Shown: positions 47,060 to 58,550, numbered from the whole stretch's first letter. The stretch is DNA of 63,032 nt, filler included, from Lenisia limosa (GCA_001655205.1; 17 parts of 17 records of this genome joined end to end with filler, not necessarily neighbours in it); one strand, 5' to 3'. The notes: a model not told the origin generated them from the sequence alone. Numbers and translations: made by a program.

Positions 47060-47291
47060 CTGGGGGGGGGGGGNNNNNNNNNNNNNNNNNNNNNNNNNNN
47101 NNNNNNNNNNNNNNNNNTTAATTAATTAANNNNNNNNNNNNNNNNNNNNNNNNNNNNNNNNNNNNNNNNNNNNTTGGTTCTATACTGAGAGTTATATACT
47201 TGACTTACATTATGTTTGGTTCTATACTGAGAGGAGAGGGTTAAGTTGCTGTTTGTATGTATATGTGTGCCTGTGTGATCCCCCCATCCCC

Positions 47292-50200
47292 ACGTTTTTG
47301 GGTTTCTCACAAACAGCTGTTGCGGCGGCGATAGAGACCGTAGATGGGATGAGCCGCGTCANNNNNNNNNNNNNNNNNNNNNNNNNNNNNNNNNNNNNNN
47401 NNNNNNNNNNNNNNNNNNNNNNNNNNNNNNNNNNNNNNNNNNNNNNNNNNNNNNNNNNNNNNNNNNNNNNNNNNNNNNNNNNNNNNNNNNNNNNNNNNNN
47501 NNNNNNNNNNNNNNNNNNNNNNNNNNNNNNNNNNNNNNNNTGTTGCCTGACAACACACGAGGGCTGATAAAACCAACAAAGCCCCGGCCAGTGCAGCACC
47601 AGTATTGTAAGGGATTCTCTACTTTCCGAAAAAGAAAAGTCAAATATCGATATTTATCAAGGATTTCTCTAGAAATTCAGTTTTTTTCAAATATCTAAAT
47701 ATTCCCCCGTACCTGAGTGTCGAGAGCGTCTGCGGGGCCATTGTTCACTACTGACAGGTAGTACTGCGGGGGTAAGAAATATGTATGGGAAAAAAAAAAA
47801 AAAAANNNNNNNNNNNNNNNNNNNNNNNNNNNNNNNNNNNNNNNNNNNNNNNNNNNNNNNNNNNNNNNNNNNNNNNNNNNNNNNNNNNNNNNNNNNNNNN
47901 NNNNNNNNNNNNNNNNNNNNNNNNNNNNNNNNCAGCTGGCCGCCTGCAGCGACGGTGGCGGGAGAGGACTTGACCTTAATGCTGACGTCAGCATCACGAC
48001 GGAGCGTAGTGGAGCCCTCGGCTCGGTTGTTGGTCTGGGGTATTATTAAGGCTTCAATTCTTCGAAAAAAAGACTGAATTACTTGATAAATCCTCGAAAA
48101 CTTTCGATATTTTACCGGTCTTTTTCGTACCATAGTGAAGCCCTGGGTAATAGATATAAAGTGAAGGAAGGTGTTGTTATATACGTCTTGACCAATTGTC
48201 CTTGGGAATCAGATAGCAAATCGGTCAAGACTTATCCCGGTCAGTGGGTGGATGGTTGTTAGTCAGTAGTTTGATAATCTTCCCCCCCCCATTAGATCCT
48301 AAAACGATTTTTTTTTCTCTCCCCAAATTAGAGATTTAAAGATTCTTTTTTCTCAAACTCTCAAAGCCTTGCTAAAAACCCTTGCTCAAACGCTTGCTTA
48401 ACCAACCATTCTATTATCAAGGGTGTCGGAAGCGACTGAGACGTTTCCGAAGACCGTAGATCCGGCCAGATCAGCGGCGGCGGGGGAGACCGTTCTGTGG
48501 ATTTGCATCACGTGACCGGTTGATGACGGCTGAAAAAAGTGAGAAAAAGTGATCTTTAGATCTATAATTGGGGGGTGTGTGTGTGTGTATGTGACAAAGT
48601 GATTAGAGAAATTAACTTTGAAATCTGTCAGCTATGGGGATCCCCCCTCCCCCACACTAGAGCCTCATTTCAAAAAAGAAGCAATTTCCCGATAAATCTT
48701 CGAAAATTATCGATATTTTTTTCGGTATTTTTCGAACCAAAGTGAAGCCCTACAAATCAACATATTAAAACACCCTCCCCGCCGTCCTTATTTTCACCCC
48801 CCAAACAGGCATAGTACCCAATTGGCACGTCAGCACCTCGTCGACCGTAAAGGCACAGGTTGGGGCAGGGTCCATGGAAGTGCTCACTGAGGAGAAGGAT
48901 GTTGGGAACTGCACGGGGGTGGGGGTAAAATTGGAAAAATTATGAAACAAAACAAAACAAACATAAACATAGGGGGGGAAGAGAGAGAGAGATAAATTGA
49001 AAAATTTATGTAATAAAAAAAGCCCAAAATTGCTGGCTACCAACTGATATGTGCGATAATTGTTATAACTAAGGCTTCACTTCAAAAACAAGACTGAATT
49101 TCAGATAAATCCTCGATAAATATCGATATTATATCAGTCTGTTTGGAACCAAAGTGAAGCCCCAGTTATAATTAAGGATGATATGATCTCCCCCTAAACA
49201 TCAAAAAAACAAAAAACAAAAACAACAACAACAAAAAAACCAAATAACTCCCCCATTCATATACGCTAGTATTCTTCATCGAAATTTCCTTCGTTTTACT
49301 CCCCATCAATTTTCCATTTCTACTCCACAGGCATCCAAATCCGAGTCCCCCCCCCCCCCCNNNNNNNNNNNNNNNNNNNNNNNNNNNNNNNNNNNNNNNN
49401 NNNNNNNNNNNNNNNNNNNNNNNNNNNNNNNNNNNNNNNNNNNNNNNNNNNNNNNNNNNNNNNNNNNNNNNNNNNNNNNNNNNNNNNNNNNNNNNNNNNN
49501 NNNNNNNNNNNNNNNNNNNNNNNNNNNNNNNNNNNNNNNNNNNNNNNNNNGTTTATACCTCCATATTATATGCATTATTATACCCCCCACTTGGACCAGT
49601 GGGCGGCCTGCTGCGGTGTATTGAGAAGCCAGCACTCCCACGGTGACGTCAGCGGATTCATCAATCTGGGAGGTTATGTATATCTGGGGGTGCATCGTAA
49701 TAATAAGGAAAGCAGAATAATATTATTCACCTCACACATATTGTAGACACTTGGCCATAATACCCTCTCCGCCCGTACCAGTGAAACGACGGAAGCGTCG
49801 TTGTTAGACTCAACATTATCAGAACAAGAAGAGACAAGAGAGAAGGACGCGGAAACACTCGACATTGTAAGTTTGTCGTAGGTCGCAATTTTGACATTCC
49901 ATCTCAGACGAAGCTAGGGGGGGGGGTGACAATTGGATAATTTTTGAAACAAAAAAAGCCCAAAGAGGAGCGAAGGGGCGGAGTAAAAAGAATGTTAAAT
50001 GCAGTAGTGTTAAATGATAGTTATATTTCAGTTAAAAGGAGACGCAAACAATGATAGCAACATAGTTATCCATTTGTAATTTCGTAAATACGTCAAGACT
50101 AAGTTCAGTTAATCTGATATTTAAGACAAAAATTGCATAACAAATCCTCTTTTGAAGTAATTTATAGCTTTTAACCGAAGTGAAGCCCTAAAAACAAGCA

Positions 50201-51872
50201 ATAATTAAGACAACCAACAAACGTTAAAATTTGAGGGACATTCATTTTATCCAATAATAATAAGAAAAAAATCCAACCTCCGTGTCGGGAGCGATAGTGT
50301 CGGTTACGGTACAGGCCGGACCACTACAGTTCCATTTCGCNNNNNNNNNNNNNNNNNNNNNNNNNNNNNNNNNNNNNNNNNNNNNNNNNNNNNNNNNNNN
50401 NNNNNNNNNNNNNNNNNNNNNNNNNNNNNNNNNNNNNNNNNNNNNNNNNNNNNNNNNNNNNNNNNNNNNNNNNNNNNNATAATCGGTGAACAAGATAAAT
50501 AATACTACAGTAGAAATCTAGGGAGACAAATGAGTTTTTACATGTACATATGAGGGGTATAATGTATAATTGGAAAATTTATTGACAACATTATACATCA
50601 AAAAAAGCCAAAATCAACTCTGTTGGCTGGCAACACAAAATTGATAACAACAAAACAAACAAAGTCCAGTCCAGTCGCTTCCGCAGCGCCGCATCCCATC
50701 AAAAATTGATAACTTTATAAAACAAAAAAAAAAAANNNNNNNNNNNNNNNNNNNNNNNNNNNNNNNNNNNNNNNNNNNNNNNNNNNNNNNNNNNCAAGAC
50801 ATGCCCTTTTGCATACCACCAGAGTAACTTCCGGGGGGAGAGTAGCAGTCAGGGTAAATTGGTTACAATTTGAGGGACCGCGAGAGGTGACGTGTGCAGT
50901 GTACGCCGCAGTAGAGGAGGCTTGGAAGACGCTAGAGGGGGTGTAAAATGGAAATTTTAAGAAAAAAACAAACAAAACAAAAAAAAAGCCCAAAATCAAC
51001 TCTTAGCTGACAACACAAGAGGATTGATAACAAAAAACACAAACTCACGATTTAGCTGCACAAGTGTGGTTTACATCGCTTTTATTCGTGATATGGAACA
51101 ACAAATAGAACAAACAACCTCGGTTGTCAATGTCTCAATTCCTCCTTATTACGTACTAAGGGGGAGAGAAAATGACACCCACAAACAAAGAACAATCATA
51201 TCCAATAAAAAAATGGTTATGATCAGCTGACCATATTCTATCATAATTCAACTAGATTCAATCAGGATTCTATGAAGAATTAGAGAGACTATTTTCAGTC
51301 ACTTGTATTTAAGTGAAACCCCCTTTTTACATAAAACCTCTAAACCCATTGTCGGCACCTTACCACAGTATCACATAGAAGGAAGTGAATATTCGTGTGA
51401 AGAAGAACTTCAAAAGGAGAGTGAATTTGAAAACAATTCTCGAAAACTATCGATACAACCGAAGTGAAGTCCTTGTTACCAGTTCCACAAAAATTCCCAC
51501 TGGCATACGCTGGTGCAGCGAACGCGAAAACTGATAGGTCGGTAAGGGACACAATTGGAGTGACGATGTCGGAAGGAGAGTTATTGGCAATGTTCGGGTC
51601 TGTAATGCCGACTGCGGGGGGGGGGGGGNNNNNNNNNNNNNTCATCAAATATAAGGGTTGATAACAACAAAACAACAAATCTGCAGCCCTGCATCCCATC
51701 ACTGTTAAAGTTGGAGAATTTATGAAACAAGGGTGGGGTGGGAGAAGGGTCCCCCAAACCTGCCGATGAAGTAGCAGAGAAAACCAAGTCCGCTGCACTG
51801 ATAGCCAGTGGAACGTCAATGGGGATTGTGAGGGGAACCGAGGACCCTGGTTGCAGGGCCGACACCGTGCAC
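47292..51872 (-). CDS. DUF11-like (conserved repeat, Ig-fold) repeat surface protein, multi-exon, partial
   Basis: Exons encode DADVSIKVKSSPATVAAGGQL-YYLSVVNNGPADA, YTAHVTSRGPSNC..LTATLPPEVT, TDPNIANNS...TDLSV, VLTCQLGTM and DNVESNNDAS. These match the DUF11 motifs ADLSxxK, YxIxVxNxGP, LP and DP...NN. Confidence 0.72.
48049..48143. mobile_element. Family A1 MITE
   Basis: GGCTTCAATTCTTCGAAAAAAAGACTG...GGTCTTTTTCGTACCATAGTGAAGCCC. Confidence 0.72.
48910..49045 (-). repeat. Tandem family B tails/acceptor in DUF11-like gene
   Basis: Reverse strand ...GTTTCATAATTTTTCCAATTTTACCCCCACCCCCGTGCAG, followed by exon FPTSFSSV. Confidence 0.75.
49071..49162. mobile_element. Family A1 MITE
   Basis: GGCTTCACTTCAAAAACAAGACTGAATTTCAGATAAATCCTCGATAAATATCGAT...GGAACCAAAGTGAAGCCC. 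Confidence 0.75.
50565..50735 (-). repeat. Family B head-to-tail copies
   Basis: Reverse strand GATGGGATGCGGCGCTGCGGAAGCGACTGGACTGG...GCCAACAGAGTTGATTTTGGC...AATTTTCCAATT. Confidence 0.78.
50932..51045 (-). repeat. Family B copy/acceptor in DUF11-like gene
   Basis: Reverse strand GTTATCAATCCTCTTGTGTTGTCAGCTAAGAGTTGATTTTGGGC...AATTTCCATTTTACACCCCCTCTAG, followed by an exon. Confidence 0.78.
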
Positions 51873-52589
51873 CTGGAGTTTAATTGAGAATTTAATAGGG
51901 AAATTATCCTTTTATGGACCACAGGACCATATTGGTCCAGTTTTTAACATGAGAGGTATTACCGAAAATAGAAGCCCTTTTCCGTCATTTTGAAAAAAAC
52001 GGTCTAGAGATTGACTCCCCAGGAACAATATATTAACCATACCCAAATTTCAAAACCGTTTTCTTTTCCTTTCAAGAACCTGTTTTTAGTCTCAAGTGTT
52101 AGGTTTTATTGGTTAGTTATATCTTTGATGGCGGAGAAGGTTTGTAGCGTAGAAGGTTTGTAGCACTCTGTTTTGAAGTTTTTCATTTTCTTCAGACGGG
52201 TCAGAGAGCTCGTTAGCTCAGTTAGAGAGCGCAAGACAAAGACTCAGGGCCTCTTAAGTCAAATACCGACTTGCTTGGCCCCAACTTCGGAGCGTATTGC
52301 CCTCCTTCGGCAAATTGAGCCTGTTGGTATGAGGGTTAAACATAAAAGAGAGCTATTGAAGCTGGTTGTCTTCTTCTGAAGAAGATAACTTTTTGTTAAG
52401 TTCCCCTTCTCCTCCTTCTACCCTTTCTTAGACCGCATTTTCAGTAAAAATAACTTCTCTTGACTTCCTCTGAAATCCCATAATCCACCTCGTTCCTAAG
52501 GCTGATCTTGGAAGCATCACTTAACATCCTTTTGATTCATGCTCTGATAAACCTTTCAGACTTGCCTATGGTATGTGATTAATTTTATA

Positions 52590-54860
52590 GATACTGAGTC
52601 TTCTGATGACAGTGATGTTGACTTTAATGTTGGAACAATCGCTATTCAAAGACCAGCATCTGGTGAAGCTTCCTCTTCCGATGATGAATGATGATTCAAT
52701 GGACTATGAAGTTAATGCGATTGCCCGTGCTCCTCCGACCCCGACGTTCTTTGCTCCCAAAAAAGGTTCAGTAGCCACACAGTTCCGTAACAGAAAGAAG
52801 TTTGAAAAGACTTCCAGCGGAATTCACACAACCACTTGAACAAACAAGCCCAAGAAAATTGGAGAAATTCCTTTCAGCGATTCCAACCATGTCGGACCCT
52901 CCTGTACAACGACTTCCCCTCTTGAGGTTTGCTTTTTTAATATTATGTGGGGTTTTCTTTTCTTTTCTACATTTATTAGGCCTTTCACATCATGATGCCC
53001 ACGGCCCTTCTCAGTAAGGTATCAACATGGTCAAATCTGAACCTAGAATAGTACGTTGGGTAGTTTGATTTTTTGAAGCCAAGCATCGTTATTTGTTCAT
53101 CATTGCTTTTTCATTTATTCCATTTTTTCATTTTTATTTTTTCATAATTATCCGCAAAAATCTCTTGTATTGTTAACCTCCATCAGTCTCCGAGATCCAT
53201 CTACCACTCTTCCCACCTATCTACGCTACACCAAGGAGTCTCTGGCTGACATTGCGTTTGTTTCGACCTCTGATAAGCGGTACTTCGGCTTCGTCATTGG
53301 TAATGATGTTTGCCCTAGGTCCAACATCAAGGATATCTGGTCCCAGGACAACTGGGTCACCTATTGCCCATTCCTGTCGCCCATCTTCTCGCGGACTCGA
53401 TTCTTTGAGATCAACCGTGTTCTCCATTTCGCTGCCAGGTNNNNNNNNNNAGAGATGTCTATCGACGATCCCATAACCAAGATCCGTCCCTTCCTCACCG
53501 CCGTCACTGCCGCGGCGCGATGCGTACGACCCCCCCACGCCATCTTGTCATTGATGAGCAGATGATTGCTACGAAATCGAAGTACGTCACGTTCAAGGTT
53601 GGTTAAGTGTATTTTTATTTGTATTCGTGGGGGTGGGAGATTCTTTTTTGGAGTTACGCTTGGTTATTTTTGGTGATTCACTCCATCAGGTCACCGGTCA
53701 GAAGAAGCCAATATCATCGGGCATCAGGGTCTACGCTATCGCAGGAGAAGGCGGTTACGTCTTTGACACCTCTTTCCACCTAGCCGACGGTACCAAGATC
53801 AGCGAACACGTCTTTAAGCTCGTCAAGACCTTCACTGCTGAAGGCCACATCATTGCTCTTGACAACCTGTTTACTTCAACTACGCCCTTCAAGACCCTCA
53901 AGACTCAAGGCATTAACGTATGTGGCACGAACCGCAAAGGAAGAGGCACCCCCTACACCAAGGAAGAAGCCAGCTCATTCCTCGATAAGAAAGGTGACAA
54001 CATCGAGATGTGGTCTGATGATATCCGCTGGAGCTGCTGGTTGGATGGTAGGCCCGCAACCATGATGACCATCTTTGGTGATGACATCCGCCCCACATCT
54101 GTCAAGCGTCGCGAGCCTGGCTGTCATGACCGAGTGGTATGAGGGATGATAGTGAACAATTCAATGATTATGGCTTGGTTCATATTTCATTGTTTTAGAC
54201 AGTTTCCTGTCCCGCTGTTGTGCATTGGTACAACCTCATCATGGTGTACGTTGATCTCACCGATGCTCTTCTAATTGACCAGTCCATGATCAATGCTCAC
54301 ATTGCGTACTCTGACTTCCTCTCCTCTGCCGGACGCCCATCTATTGACCGCAAGAGCTTCCACATGCGCGTTACCGAGGCCCTTGTCGACATGTCCCCCT
54401 TCTCAACCACGTATCCCCTCACCCATGAAGGTAAGAACTGGTTCCTGATGCTAAAATAGTGTGATTAATTTCACATCATTTTGATAAAACTATTATTATT
54501 TTAATTGATTTCATTTGAAATAGTATTACTTTGATTCAAGCAAAGCCCCGATAAACTATCGTCAATTTTAGGTCTTTTGTCTGTCTTTTTAGGGTCAAAT
54601 GAACAAGTACCAAAATTTATGACTTCTAAAATTTTAACGATACTGTGAATGTGTCTTTTGATTCAATTACTTGATCGTATATATTCACTTGTCTTGCCAT
54701 TTCAACATCTCATCTCACCCCTCCCAGACAGCAGTACTCCATCAACCCCCTTAAATTCGTGAGCACTTCCGGAAAGTTGGCCACCAAGAAAACCCGCACC
54801 AATCTGTTCTGTGAGAGTTGTGGTGTTTTCCTTTGCCCGTCTTGCTCTTACAGTGTGTAA
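52590..54860 (+). mobile_element. piggyBac-like (DDE_Tnp_1_7/PGBD) transposase gene with five spliceosomal introns; frameshifted or internally deleted copy
   Basis: Motifs IKDIW..PIFSRTRFFEINRVLHF, KIRPFL, LVIDEQM, KKPISSGIRVY, IALDNLFTS..GINVCGTNRKGR, WLD, YNLIMVYVDLTD, and a C-terminal CESCGVFLC. Introns at 52927-52979, 53014-53186, 53598-53689, 54137-about 54200 and 54431-54727. Confidence 0.9.
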
Positions 54861-55821
54861 TGTTCAAGGCTTGATGTGGTTTATGTTTATGTATTTGATG
54901 TGATTAACTTTTGAGTTNNNNNNNNNNNNNNNNNNNNNNNNNNNNNNNNNNNNNNNNNNNNTTAATTAATTAANNNNNNNNNNNNNNNNNNNNNNNNNNN
55001 NNNNNNNNNNNNNNNNNATTATACCAGCATCGTCATTTTTTTGATCGTGTTTTAATCATACAAAGTGTCTCTTGATGTTTACATTCACAGGAGCTCCACC
55101 GATATCTTAGAAGTAGAATCTGCGGAGTGGTGCGCTTCTTCAATGTAAGGGGCAGTGGGTATGCTTCTGGTTTATGGTGTATTATATGATATACATATGA
55201 TATATATAGCAATGAGAAATATAAATAAATAAGGTAGTATCTGACCGAAGCCGTCCACCATGCTTAGAAGAGATATTGGATTATAGTATAGCATATTGTA
55301 TAATTATATTATTGGGTGAATTGAGGGGGATTTGATGGTGTGGTATTTTTTTCTCTTAGAATTCAGTTTAATCAGAATTCTGTCATAATTGTTTATATTA
55401 TCTGACCCAATCCCCAGTTTTCAAATGTCATGTTTACCTCTGCACAGCTATTTGCTCGATATGTTCAATATCGTGACGAACACTCTCACTGCTCAGTTCG
55501 GGTTCTAAAGTCATGGTGAACAATAGGAGGCCACTCGATACTCCTCAAATCCGCCAAACCCCCTATCCCCAAGACAGCCCAGCGGTGTCGTTTACTCCAC
55601 AACCCCCCACACCAAATCCACCAACCACGCAAATGTTGGTTTTGTGAAATAAGTCCTATTCAGTGGTATTATAAATATTCGGCAATATATAATATTCAGG
55701 GCTTCCCTATGGTCCAAAAAACCATTTAAATATCGATATTTATCGAGGATTTATCGAAAAAAAAAATATCTCTCTATTTGGGACCGTGGTGATGTCCTTA
55801 GTATCCACTCTAACTTTCCAG

Positions 55822-55912
55822 GTCACAGCACTCAAGTGACGCTTCGGACATTTTCGACATCAAAATGCCCTCTGACGCACCCCCTCCCGAGGAACTCGGC
55901 ATTGATACCCAA
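55822..55912 (+). CDS. Isolated exon, unknown
   Basis: After tttccAG there is an open frame SQHSSDASDIFDIKMPSDAPPPEELGIDTQ. Confidence 0.3.
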
Positions 55913-56067
55913 GATGATCCGTTTTTCTTTGGTTGGGAGTGGAGGTGTTTTTGGCTTCAGCTGGACCTCAATAAGACTGTATTATACCCACGATTAACGA
56001 GTTCGTACGTTTTTTTTATTATTGCGGATTTGTCGAGTTTTTCAATCTTTTTTGGGGTTCCAACCTA

Positions 56068-56162
56068 GGGCTTCACTTCGGTTCCAAAAACCTCGCGATA
56101 CTATCGTAGTTTTTGAAGATTTATCGAGAAATTCAGTCTTTTTTCGAACCGAAGTGAAGCCC
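56068..56162. mobile_element. Family A1 hairpin MITE (about 95 bp, about 25-bp TIRs, TA flanks), best copy
   Basis: TA|GGGCTTCACTTCGGTTCCAAAAA...TATCG..GATTTATCGAGAAATTCAGTCTTTTTTCGAACCGAAGTGAAGCCC|TA. Confidence 0.85.
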
Positions 56163-56398
56163 TATTCCAACTCCATCCCCGTTTATTTCTGACAAACAAA
56201 TATATTTGCTGATATATTATAGGCCGGCTCGATGACACAGTTGAAGAAAGTAAACAACCTGTGAGCGAGTGTGAGAACTTTTTGNNNNNNNNNNNNNNNN
56301 NNNNNNNNNNNNNNNNNNNNNNNNNNNNTTAATTAATTAANNNNNNNNNNNNNNNNNNNNNNNNNNNNNNNNNNNNNNNNNNNNCCCCCCCCCCCAGC

Positions 56399-58178
56399 TT
56401 TCCCGTGCTGACGGAAGTCGAGCCATGACCGGTGTGTCAGCTGACTTGGTAACTACCAGTCTCCCACCCACAGGTAAATGGGGCTTGATTTATTTCAACA
56501 GGTCTCCGACCCCAAATCCATGAATTTTGGTCAAAAGTAGTCAAAAGCTGTACCCCAAATCTATTGGAAATCCTTACGCTCCGAGGCTTCATTCTGGATA
56601 AGCGACTCGCTTTAAACAGCAGAACAATTTTTATAATAGAACATCAAGAACTATAAACACACCTCTTCTAGCCTTCCTAACACGGTATCGTTTGATTAGC
56701 TAGGGCTTTACTTCGGTTCGAAAATGACTGGTTGAATATCGGTAGTTTTCGAGGATTTATCGTGAAATTCGAACCAAAGTTAAGCCACTGGGAACTTAAA
56801 TTGGGGTTTCAAAACCCCCTAATTTCCTTGTTNNNNNNNNNNNNNNNNNNNNNNNNNNNNNNNNNNNNNNNNNNNNNNNNNNNNNNNNNNNNNNNNNNNN
56901 NNNNNNNNNNNNNNNNNNNNNNNNNNNNNNNNNNNNNNNNNNNNNNNNNNNNNNNNNNNNNNNNNNNNNNNNNNNNNNTGGACTAATTTTTGGTTCATAA
57001 GTTTCCAATTCACACCCCCACACCCCGTCCGTTCCTCTATTAGAACTAAGGCTTCACTTCGGTTCGAATAAAGATGGAATTTATCAATAGAACCTCGAAA
57101 ACTGTCGATGTTACTGGTCTTTTTCGAACCGAAGTGAAGACCTAAATAGAACGTCTAGTCATCTGATCGCCATAATAGAATGGCGAAGACTACATCAATC
57201 TTTGCCCCTTCCCTCCACAAGTAGATTATTGTCGTTTTAGTCACCATTTTACCGCCCTTCTCTGAATGATGTGACTCTTGTACTGATAATAAACATATTC
57301 AATTCTCTTGTACCGCTATAGTAGATCATTGTCGTTTTAATTCCACCCTATAGAGCGGCCAAGAATACACGATCGTTGTGACTGTGCGTAACTCCGGTGG
57401 TTCCGAGAGCACCTCAATTACGGCAGCTACTGTAGCTCCTTCACCCGTGCCTGGTTGGGAGGGTATTTTGTAGCTGCTTTTGGGGTATTTAGTAGTTACA
57501 CGTTGCTCTTAATCAGGAATTCATTCTTGTAGGAAAACAGACAAAAAAATCGACAGTTTTCGAGAGTTTATCGACGCTAACTTTTTAGTTCTTTTCCTCG
57601 CGAGCCCGAACGGATATGTTGACCTCATTTTTGACGTCGCCACTTCCAAGCCTGAAATTGGTGTCTCGTGCAGTTTCGGGATTCCGGCTTTTTGGCACAA
57701 TAGCAGGTGAGTGGGGTGTTGCTTTGCGTGAAGAGAGTAAAATTATTGGGCTTCACTTCGGTTCGAAAAAGACCAGTAAAACATCGAGGATTTATCGAGA
57801 AATTCAGTCTTTTTTTGAACCGAAGTGAAGCGCTAAAAATTTATGAAACAAAAAAGCCCAAATCTACATTGTGGGGTGATCATTGGAAGTGAGGGTAGGG
57901 GTGATCATTCAGGGCAATAGGTTCAATTGCTTTATCAATGAGTATTTTATTTGACTTGTTTATTTCGAACAATCCCTTTGCAGTTTCCGTTCATACCATC
58001 ATGGCCCTTTATTGAGCAATTTGAACATTAATTAGACCCTTTATTGAGCATTTTGACCATTTTTAGAACAATTCGCTTTCCTTATACCGTTCCCATCAAC
58101 ACCAATATAACCATGGCCGGAAGTAGCTGCGTTGTTGTGTCCAAGGTGTTTGCTGCTGTCGACTCTCTTCGTATGCGT
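56399..58178 (+). CDS. Multi-exon beta-rich (Ig/CARDB/DUF11-like) extracellular protein, partial
   Basis: Exons SGQEYTIVVTVRNSGGSESTSITAATV, GYVDLIFDVATSKPEIGVSCSFG (GTGAGT donor near 57706) and PINTNITMAGSSCVVVSKVF. Confidence 0.5.
57049..57142. mobile_element. Family A1 MITE
   Basis: GGCTTCACTTCGGTTCGAATAAAGA...GGTCTTTTTCGAACCGAAGTGAAGACC|TA. Confidence 0.8.
57748..57833. mobile_element. Family A1 MITE
   Basis: GGGCTTCACTTCGGTTCGAAAAAGACC...GTCTTTTTTTGAACCGAAGTGAAGCGC|TA. Confidence 0.8.
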
Positions 58179-58456
58179 TGGCATCCAATAATTAGGGCTT
58201 CAATCCGATCCGAAAAATTACTGATTTTTGGATAAATCCTCGATATATTTCGATAATTGACCGATGGTAGTTACATTAATCCTTAAGTCATTTTTTTTCT
58301 GATCTGGTCATCCAATAAATAAATATCATATGATATATAGATAGATATATACGAACNNNNNNNNNNNNNNNNNNNNNNNNNNNNNNNNNNNNNNNNNNNN
58401 TTAATTAATTAANNNNNNNNNNNNNNNNNNNNNNNNNNNNNNNNNNNNNNNNNNNN

Positions 58457-58550
58457 CATTCCACTGGTCCATAGCACGCCCATAGTCGAAGATGGGCGGT
58501 TCCACCTCCCTGTTCAGCAGATGCCTTTTGGAGTCGAGAGTGATGCTGCC
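58457..58550 (-). CDS. Isolated exon, unknown
   Basis: Downstream of a family-B copy and an AG; open frame GSITLDSKRHLLNREVEPPIFDYGRAMDQWN. Confidence 0.35.

Noticed and set aside
52300-54917. Intact piggyBac terminal inverted repeats
   Set aside because: No matching TTAA-CCC...GGG-TTAA pair found by eye; the GGGTTAA near 52332 has no partner, and the right side runs into a gap.
5939-57345. Small local direct duplications (5939-6000, 7399-7453, 47174-47232, 52135-52165, 57220-57340)
   Set aside because: Two-copy 14-25-bp slippage-type repeats in introns or intergenic DNA with no link to splice sites that I could show.
57748-57833. Family A as tRNA or tRNA-derived SINE (GGTTCGA resembles a B-box)
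   Set aside because: No cloverleaf, A-box or tail; the motif is part of a terminal inverted repeat with TA flanks.
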